NCBI GenBank assembly: GCA_051294375.1
Contig: CM119264.1
Location: 24,456,917 to 24,520,916 of the forward strand
Reading direction: 5' to 3'
Length of the DNA stretch: 64,000 bases
Origin: Paraspadella gotoi
Lineage: Eukaryota > Animalia > Chaetognatha
This document shows positions 54,528 to 64,000 of the stretch, in pieces; position 1 is the stretch's first letter; each line of letters opens with the position of its first letter. The notes under the pieces were generated by a model, which saw nothing but the letters and a program-made list of their open reading frames with translations, was not told the DNA's origin and did no database searches. Made by a program: the position numbers and the translations under genes.

Positions 54528-55807
54528 ATGATAGGGTCGAACCGTCAAGTGTTCGGAGGAAAAGGGAAAAGGAGAAGAGATTCCAGAAATCGGAGAAGTT
54601 AAAGTTGGGAAATATGGGAGAATGCCGTTGGGAAGATGGGAGAAAAGAGTTTGTAAGAATACATAGGAGAATAGTTGAGAGAAACCAAAAAAGATATTTG
54701 TCTACATAATAGAAAAATGAGAGTTGCCAATGGAAGTGAAATAGAAGGTTTTTCAAGTGAAAGTCAAAATATTCCGAGAAAGATGAAAGATGAAAAGTAT
54801 GTGGGAAAGGGATATCACTGCGAGAGAGAAAAGTCGCCGTTGTGAAAAAAAAATAGTGTGAAAAGAAAAAAAGTGAGTCTCGTCGATTTGCAAAGTCGGG
54901 TCACCGACGGAGTGAGAACCACGAAAGGGGTCACGGGAATGCGGAGAGGGGGGGGGGAATGGGGATACGGGGGAGGGACGGGGGGGAGGCTATTAGTATT
55001 CAGTTTTGACTTGTGCAGCGACGGAAGGGGAAAATGGTTTCGTACTGAGGGCTGATTTTTGTGGCCGCTTCGGTTGTTGTGGCTTCGCTGATATTTTTTT
55101 TGTATAAATGAACAACTTTGACACAGTATCGCTAGTTTAAAACGAAACTAGTTAGTCAAATTCACCCTCAACGAAGACAATGTCGAAATGTCGAAATCAT
55201 TCTTTAACTTCTTTTTATTTCCGCGAAAAAAAAAAAAAAAGGAAACGTCGCTCAGAAGAAAATTAGTTTTCAATAATTGATTTCTAATAGGACATCGTTT
55301 GAGCGCCAAGTCTCTTTTGGATGTTTTAAATATTTATTCTTGAGTGTAACAGGCCTTTGGTCAAACCTGAATTATTAACTTGGACTACTTTCTTTGTGCG
55401 AGAAAAATAGGGATAAATGGGTTGTCGAATTTACGCGTTCAAAAAAGTAAATTGAAAAAGAAATTATTTATAATTATTTATTATAAATTTATTTATAATT
55501 ATATAATTATTTATAATTTTAAAAAATGAAGATATATAATTGATTCGGTAGAGAGCAAAAACTTCAAACAAGACTAGGTTCTATTTCAGATCTATTTCAA
55601 AAATTAATTGATGGAGAAAATCTGCTATATTTATCTAGTGAAATAAACAATTAAACAGACTTTAAAAAAAAAAATAAATCACGAATGTCCTTTAGAAACA
55701 AAACCAAACGAAGAAAAGAAGAGCATCCGAGCGGAAGGACCTGACGACGGAAAAAGTGAGTATCTTACTTGTCGTCGGCAGCAAGCCAAAGTTCTCTCAT
55801 GCTTCTC

Positions 55808-55852
<45 letters not shown>

Positions 55853-55856
55853 CTCG

Positions 55857-55894
<38 letters not shown>

Positions 55895-56789
55895 TCTCTC
55901 TCTCTCGTCATTAATAACTACAAACTCATCTCATATAATCGCTATTAGGCGAATTGTTCTTCCTCTTGCTCGGAGGGAACATCGTGCCCCGCCGTTCGTC
56001 GCTTAGCAACGTTGTTTAAGCGCTTCATCAAGCATTCTGTCAAATATGTTCTCCCCTCTCATCGTCATATTGCGACCACATCCGTCTGGATTTATCCGGG
56101 CACGTTACTCCGCCATTCGCCGGTTAAAAAAAACCGATTCCCAGCGGAAAATTTAAGGGTGAAAGAAATTCGGGAGTTAGTTAAAAATCGTTGAATTTAA
56201 ATACGTGATTCCGGGGAACGAAGTAGAAAGGCCACTCGTTAGGGAGTCAAACAATCCTAATATGAAAAGTGGAAAAGTTTTTATAAAAAGAACCTTTTCA
56301 CTTCTTTCCTCACTTACTTACTTATCTCTCATCATTCCCCCTTTTTTCCCCGCCTTATTTCTCTTTTTCATTTGTAACGTTCTCATTCATAGTATCATTG
56401 TAACACGGTGTCATTGTATCGTTGTACCATTGAGTCATTGCGTAGAATTAGGCGAATATAAAAAAAAAAAGATTCCTTCTCGTTTCTTTCCTGTTTCTTA
56501 ATTCGCCTTCATATCCTTTTTTCCCCTCTTTTTACATCTTATCCTTCCTTTCTTCCTCCTCTTTTTCTTTCCTCATTCCTTTCTCCCTCCTCCTCATCCT
56601 TTTCCTCCACCCTTTTTGATTCTCCTCTCCCATTCTTCCTCCTTTCCTCCTTTCGAACCAACGACATTACAATCCTTCGACCGCGCCCGAGTGAAAGGGA
56701 CTCATTAAGGTAGCGACGCAGAGAAAGGAATGGCGCGCTTTAGTTACAACGCGGAAGAGAAAGAGAGAGAGAGAGAGAGAGAAGAAGAT

Positions 56790-56844
<55 letters not shown>

Positions 56845-57672
56845 GGGGAGAACAGAGGAGTGAAAGGTGACGCAGCTGAACGATTGGTGAGAAAAGAGGA
56901 CGCCGCTGAAAGAAGCCAAATCACTGGTTGCCGGAGATTCGAGATGGGACAATCAACATTAGGTAATGCTACTTGTCAGTGTTTGTACACTTGAAAAATG
57001 ATTCTTTATCTCTCTCTCTCTCTCTTTCCCTCCCTCCCTCCCTCTCTCCTGTATAAAATACTAATTCGTCCTCTAAAATGTTTCGAAATGCCTCGCCATG
57101 CCTCTCAATGCTCCTTGCCCCGTAATTCCTCGACCCCAACGGACGCAGTCAGATGCAACGCCTTCGACAAGCGTCGCGCGGTGGAAGATTGCGCATGCGC
57201 GTTCCGGTGACGCGACGCGTCGCGTGCGAACAATCTAATTCTGGCTTGACAAAAAAAAAAAGAGGAAAACCGCCGAATGGCTTGAAAAAGTGGGGGGGCG
57301 GAGAGGGGGAGGAAGAGTAATAGAAAATAAGACAAAAGACTGAAGAGGAAAAGACAAAAATGGAGAAAAGGAGTGAGAGAGAGAATGAGAGACAGAAGAG
57401 AAGAGAGAGAGGAGAGAGAGAGAAGAGAGAGAGAGAGAGAAGAGAAGAGAGAGAGAGAGGAGAGAGAAGGAGAGAGAGAGAAAAGAAAGTGAGAGAAGAA
57501 GAAAGCAGACAGAGAGAGAGAGAGAGAAGAGAGAGAAAGAGAGAGGAGAGAGAAGAGAGAGAGAAGTTAGAGAATGGAGAGAATAAGAAAGGAAAAATGT
57601 TTTCTCTTTCCGCCTTTTGCCTAGTAATCTCGATGCGTCTCTCTCTCTTTTTCTCTCTCTGTCTCTGTCTCT

Positions 57673-57723
<51 letters not shown>

Positions 57724-57821
57724 CTCTCTCCTCTCTCTCTCTCTTCTCTCTCCTCCTTTTTTTTCTCACGTGATTCCCGATCCATCATGAATAATAAGTG
57801 AAGTTTCCGGCCACGGCTTCT

Positions 57822-57887
<66 letters not shown>

Positions 57888-58168
57888 TGGACAAAAAAAG
57901 AATCTGAAGGGGAAATTCGTTGGAATCCAAGTCGTTCGCTTTTCGTCGCTCAGAAATTCGAGTTATGTCCTAATAGAAGTCGGAACTTGTCCTTCTCTAT
58001 CCATTTTATATTTTATGTCCTTCCCATTTCATAGGGGTCGGGAAATCGTTAGGTTTGTCTCCAGTTCCTTTTCATTTTTATAATATAAGGCAGTTTCTCA
58101 TTAGTGAAATAGCCCCATCTTTAATATTGTAAAATTCGGTAGGACGAGGACCTTTCCTTTTTCTCGTA

Positions 58169-58510
58169 CCATTTGGGCACTCTTTTCCCAGAGCGCCCCA
58201 TTTTGGTTCCTTTAGCCCAGAATCTAATTTTAATTTTTAATATTTAACCTTGATATATTTTTTAATTTATTACCTAATCCTTAAGTCAAATCCCTATCTT
58301 TAATGCCTAACCCCTTATCCTTAATCCCTAACCCCCTATCCTGAACCTAAACCTTAAATTCTTATCCTAAATTTTTAACCATAACCCTTAACACTAATCA
58401 TAAAGCTAATTTTGAACCTTAATGTATAACTTAATCTTTAACTGAAAAAATTTTCCTATTTCTATATTTAAGATGAAATGGGGCGTTTTTGGATAATAAA
58501 GCCGAAATGG
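58169..58510. mobile_element. MITE-like element: ~35-bp imperfect inverted repeats enclosing a degenerate (CCCTAA)n-like array
   Basis: ccatttgggcactcttttcccagagcgccccattt (58169-58203) pairs with aaatggggcgtttttggataataaagccgaaatgg (58476-58510). The interior 58270-58440 has cctaac/ccttat/ccctaa/cctaaa hexamers. Confidence 0.55.
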
Positions 58511-59406
58511 GTAATATAGTTCTAACCGCGATTACCCTAATTAAGACGTAAGTCTCCAATTTTGAATCCCCAAGAAGACGAGCTAATTTTCTTTTCAAAA
58601 TCTACCGATTCCATAGAATATTGTAGAGAAAATGGCCACCTTTTCTTTTAATAACGTTCTCGTGCTTCCCTTCGATTTTCATCGCTCGAAACCCTCGCGC
58701 GCCCTCTATGCCGCGTTTTCCTTTCGCAGACAAAAGACGTCCACCATTTTTTCCCCTTTGTTTTTACTTTGTTTTTACTTTTCTGTCGAGTGTCGCTTTA
58801 TTATGAAGTCGGAAAAGAATGAACCGGCGTCGGCAGCGGTGGCGGCAGCGGCGGCGTCGGCGGCGGCTGCGGCGGCGACGAGCTCTCTCGTTAAAAGCCC
58901 TGGAAAGAGACGAGCGCTCTTTTGTCTGGACGTTGACGCCGTTAGATGACGTTATCGCCGTTCGACGACAGCGACGATGGAGGCGACGATGACTACGACG
59001 ACGATGTGTACGCCCCCTTCCGTGACACTTTTTTTTTATTCATTTGACGCCGATGATGAGGATGAAGACGACGACAACGACGACGGCGAGGGGGAAATCT
59101 CGATGACATTCTTGTTCTTCAAATGACGAAGACGACGACGACGAAAACGACGACGACGAAAACGACGACGACGATGTTGTTTTTTTTTCTTTCTTTTTTT
59201 GCCGGCGATATGGAAATGGCGGCGAGGAGACCTTTGCGACGCCCGGGGGAAGAAGAGGCGGCGTCCTCTGCGGAGAGGGAATGGAATGGAAACTGGAAAG
59301 AGGATGAAAACGGATGGATGGATAAAGAAGAGAAGGATAGAGGGATAAAGAAGAAATGTATTTGATGTATTAAAAAATAAAATTATGTTTTTTTAGTATT
59401 AATATA

Positions 59407-59498
<92 letters not shown>

Positions 59499-60296
59499 TA
59501 AACATCAAAAATTATTTTTGTTAAAAATCCAGTTTATCTTTAATGATCCAAAGTTTATAAAGAAGTCGTAACAGATATAATTAAAGGTCATAATAATTGT
59601 AATTATGCATTATGCAACATTTAGGTCATAATAAATGGAATACTACAATATGCAAATGAGATTAAAAATCTAATTAAAGGGAATCTCTTTTACGCGACAG
59701 AAAAAAAGGAAAAACTGAATTATGATTATTTCTTTTTTTCGACGCAATGAAACGAGATTTAGTTCAAAAGGACAGAAAGGAATGGATGTAACGAGATGGT
59801 TATAAAATGAAAAGGATACAACGGGGAAAGGATTCTCCGCTTATAACGAAAACGAATAGAACGGACGGCCGGCTTTCCCGCGATATCCCTCGCCACCGCT
59901 CTTGCCACTTCTCCGCCTGTGGTATGAAAGATGCCGCTTGCCACACTCGTTGCCATCAACGTTGTCTCTACTTTGTCCGCTTTATTAACGATACCATCGC
60001 TCGACGTCCGCAATAAGCTTTAAACCGCGCCGCCGATGGTAAGTTAATGTTCAATATCACCGTCAAGCGGCTAACCCTATCATCTGCCAAATTTTCTCTT
60101 TCCATCTCCACTCCCACTTTCTCTTTAATCTCACAACATCCAAAGTTGCGCTCCAATCTTCTTCTGGTTCCAATCTTTTCCAACTCCCACTTCGACCCAC
60201 CGCCCTCCTGAAAGCCCCCCCCCCGTTTTTCTCCCTCTCTCTTTTCCAGCCTTAGATACTATCGTGTCATATACTCTCCTCTTTTCCGACGTCCAG

Positions 60297-60430
<134 letters not shown>

Positions 60431-61302
60431 CATCTCTCAGAAAAACCACCTATCTGGTCGAAACACATGGCTTCCATCTTTTCTTGAACAAGGCAATCGC
60501 AAATGACGGTGGCCAATAATAACCAATAGTAAGATAGGGCAATGACAATGTACATTGTACAATACTACACAATATACAATATAGTAATAAGTTAATCGCC
60601 TCATGTTTTAGCTTACATTCATCCCATTATTAACTCACTCTCTCTCCTCTTTCCATCTTTCCTTTTCCTGACATTCTCTCTCTCTCTCTCTTTCTCCCTC
60701 CCTCTCTCTCTCTCTCCTTCGCCTAAGCTTTTATTGTTATTGCTTTCATTCATCCTTTTGTTTATATTTTTCTTGACTGAGACTAAGAACTGGTGACGCG
60801 CCTCGACACCGTCCCCGCCGCCATTTTGAAAACGTCGCTGTTGTCAATAAAGGGACAAATAAACAAAGGGAGATAATACTCGAGCAAGAGAAATTTTGGA
60901 TACGATGTCACTTATTTAGGACGGGATTAGGTCAGTTGGTTAGACTTTGGCTCCCACTGGCATAGTGGCCACTTCTCCTATTTTTGTCACCTAATTTGAT
61001 GTTTCGCAATTTCCTAAATCCAGCTTTCTATCGTTTTCTTACCAGAAAACAAACGTAAATTAAAAAGTTTACTTCTCAGTTTATTAATGTTTATCTTTGA
61101 AATTATTATTTAAAACCGATTCAATTGTAAGTCGGACGTTAGCAATCAAATCATAGTTTAGATGATGACTTGGTTGTGCACTACTGAGATGACAACGACG
61201 ACGACGACGATCACAACAATAACAACAACAACAAAAACAACAACTAGTTTTCTGGTCGTAAAAGAGGGAATCGAAACCGCGTCATCGTCATCGAAGCAAA
61301 GG

Positions 61303-61350
<48 letters not shown>

Positions 61351-61696
61351 GGGAAGGAGGGATTCCATTATCGACCATGGACGAGAGACCTGCATCTAAC
61401 GACGGTCGAGTGATCAACAAGGTGATCAAAAGAGTGATCAACAGAGTGATTTTCACAGCTGGTGATCTATTAGGTGATCACTGATCAGCTGTAATAAAAT
61501 GATGAATTGAGATCGAGTAGTAAACTGTAGTCACTAGACAAGGAATCATTTTATTTCACTTGTCAATTCCTTTCACTTCACAAGTCACTTTACAATTGCT
61601 CTAAATATTTAGTGTAATTGTATACATAGTATTACATACATGTAGTCGGGCATTGCCTAGGTTCACCCCGCCTAGAATCATGACACTTTCAGTTGT

Positions 61697-61932
61697 GACC
61701 CGGTGGCTCATTGAGTAAAGCCATCAGCTCATGACCACTAGTTACCGGGTTCAATCCCAACCCGGTACCTACCCTGCGGGAAGCGTGAGGACGGCCGTAA
61801 GCCGCCTTGGGGGCATGGCAAACCCTCAAGTCTGGTTCCAAGCCCAGGGACCCGTTCCATGGCTGCTAGAGGGGGTTATAGAAGTTACGGACAGTCATCT
61901 TCAGCCCACGTAGCGCCTTATCCACATACATA
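61697..61932 (+). mobile_element. tRNA-derived SINE-like element
   Basis: Pol III A-box TGGCTCATTGAG (61704) and B-box GGTTCAATCCC (61748) at tRNA spacing, then a ~170-bp GC-rich body and a short (TACA)-like tail in AT-rich surroundings. Does not fold as a proper tRNA. Confidence 0.65.
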
Positions 61933-62084
61933 ACAATTTTCTTTAAAATTGTTATGTATGCGACGGCCCGTCGTCGAGAAAACGACAACAACGACGACTT
62001 TGAACGGTAGTCAGGATTTTCTTGGTTTTTATTCCTCGTCGACGGTGACGGTGACGACCACAACAGACAGGGAATTCAGTTGTG

Positions 62085-62126
<42 letters not shown>

Positions 62127-62775
62127 TAGTAGCTCTTTTTCGTCACATGGGATGATTGGTCTGTCTACGTAAACAACCGCTTACCTCGAGGGTCTTAACT
62201 CTTCACTATCACTATCAGTACCGGTAATGATAGACTGTCTTGAACGCAGAAAACATTTCTTAGAAATAGTTTTTGCAAAATCTGCATCTACGCCTATAGC
62301 TTCTCTTGGGTTCGTCACTCTGCGTTCCAAACTTCTAATAGTTAATCTCCAATGCTGCCTCTTGAAGTTTAGATTTTCATCTTTGTCATATATTCCGAAT
62401 TTCGGACATTAATTATTCGGCAATACTGAACACTAGAGTGATGTGAAAATGATAAAATTTTAGAAAATTAAAAAAATTTAGCATATAAAACATTGAAAAT
62501 AAAAAACTAATAAAAATATTTTGGGTTAATTTATTTTTTTAATTTATAAATTAGTGGGCACCAGTGAGCTATATTATTATATAGATTATATAATATATAT
62601 ATAATATATATATAATATAATAATATAGTAATAAGTATATAATAAGCTAAAATTTCAAATTGCAAATTTTTAAATTTTTAGATCTGATGTTGATAACCCT
62701 TTCGTTTTCGTTGTTATTAGGATTTAGAGAGAAAAACAAAGTTTTTAATTGTGTACAACGAATTTAATTGGAGAT

Positions 62776-62816
62776 ACGGACATGTTTCGGCTCACATTTC
62801 GAGCCTTCATCAGCGT
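62776..62816 (-). ncRNA. Minimal type I hammerhead ribozyme (PLE/retrozyme type)
   Basis: Minus strand reads ACG-CTGATGA-A-GGCTC-gaaatgt-GAGCC-GAAA-C-AT-GTC-CGT: intact CUGAUGA and GAAA core, 5-bp stem II, short self-complementary stem III (ACATGT), GUC cleavage triplet and ACG/CGT stem I. Confidence 0.8.
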
Positions 62817-62854
62817 TTGCCATAAGGAAATTATTTGTTGCAAAAAGAAGGGTG

Positions 62855-62900
<46 letters not shown>

Positions 62901-63108
62901 TAGAGGTAAAGGTTTTCCAACAAAGTGGTGAGACAGAATAGTGGTCAGATGAGAGAACAGGCTGAAGTTGAGACAGATTGAGTGAGTTGTGGAAAAGAAA
63001 TGAAATTTGTTAGAGAGAGAGAGAGAGGGAGGAGAGAGAAAGGGACAACAGGGGGATAAATAAATAAGTATTAAAGATACATTTTGTAATGTCAACAAAA
63101 GTAAAAAT

Positions 63109-63437
63109 TTGAAAAACTAAATGTCAGTAAGAGTTTAACAATTATTCTAATTTAAATAGTTAGCTAAAGGATAGTAACATGAATTATGAAATTTGAAATG
63201 TGAAAAGGATAGTTGATAGTTAGGAGGATAGGAAGTGAAATATAAGGAGAAAGAAAGAGCTCAAAATGAGCTTGAAAACTAAATGTCAGTAAGAGTTTAA
63301 CAATTTATCTAATTTAAATAGTTAGCTAAAGGATAGTAACATGAATTAGTGAAATTTGAAATGTGAAAAGGATAGTTGATAGTTAGGAGGATAGGAAAGG
63401 TGAAATATAAGGAGAAAAGAAAGAGCTCAAAATGAGC
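63109..63437 (+). repeat. Two tandem copies of a ~165-bp unit abutting the PLE 5' truncation point
   Basis: ttgaaaa(a)ctaaatgtcagtaagag...agagctcaaaatgagc at 63109-63271 and 63272-63437; differences are mostly single-base indels. Confidence 0.9.
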
Positions 63438-64000
63438 ATTGGTGCGGGTGCTAGCAAAGCAGGGATCTCCACTTCAGTGCACGACCCGCGGCTCCCTACG
63501 TGAGCATTTGGTGAAACCAAACGAAAGATAAAATCCCCAGGACCGAAAACTTCAGGAGCCGTCTACTGGACGGCCTGTGCAGGGACGGGCAAACCAACCC
63601 TGTGCAGCAGCATACGTGGGAGAGACAGGGCAAGTCTCTGACAGATCGATTCCAACAAACACACAAAGCCCTATTCGTGACGCCCGAGTCACTTTCTGTC
63701 CGCAGTTGCTGAACATTCGGCAGGCACAGGCCATCTGTTCAGGGAATCAGACTGTCTGTCGTGCTTGTCCCATGACCCAAACTGGTTCTCAAGAGGTATT
63801 AGAGAGGCAATTTACATCAAAAGCCCTCGAGCCCTCTTTTGAACCGTGATGGAGGACGATTCGATCTTCCCTCAAGTTATGATACGCTTTATCAAAACGT
63901 GTGTGAAGGCCCCGCCTCCACCACCGCCCGCACAATGATTCCCCTGTCTCCACTCAACGAGACAGGCGGAGACCCTTGCGCAGGCAATGGGCAAACGATG
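63438..64000 (+). mobile_element. Penelope-like retroelement (PLE), 5'-truncated, GIY-YIG endonuclease region, frameshifted
   Basis: Frame-hopping translation gives LREHLVKP/KDKIPR, SGAVYWTAC, PCAAAYVGETG, SLTDRFQQ, SAVAEHSAGTGHLF, NWFSRGIREAIYIK and LNRDGGRFDLP. These are the canonical PLE endonuclease motifs (GxVY..C..C..Y(I/V)GETG..R..H..SA(V/L)AEH..GH..EAI.I..LNRDGG). May continue beyond the window. Confidence 0.9.

Overview
Eukaryotic (animal-like) draft-assembly sequence. It is AT-rich, saturated with (AG)n, (TCG)n, (AAT)n and (AAG)n microsatellites, shows no obvious CpG depletion, and has many N-gaps of fixed size (10, 25 or 100 N). Nearly all ORFs in the supplied track are microsatellite read-throughs. 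Supportable content: (1) a compact spliced minus-strand gene at ~21.1-23.1 kb encoding an SH3-domain protein whose SH3 exons are missing from the ORF track, with introns built from decayed copies of its own splice sites; (2) a 5'-truncated Penelope-like retroelement GIY-YIG endonuclease at the right edge, with a minimal hammerhead ribozyme ~620 bp upstream on the opposite strand and a degenerate relative of that ribozyme at 31.9 kb enclosed by a perfect 25-bp inverted repeat; (3) a tRNA-derived SINE-like element, a 3' half of tRNA-Leu, and a MITE-like element enclosing degenerate (CCCTAA)n; (4) an ~18.5-kb inverted duplication (35.4-53.9 kb) and two direct duplications that abut 25-N gaps and are more likely long-read gap-filling artefacts than biology. 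All calls were made by eye; no database searches were run.
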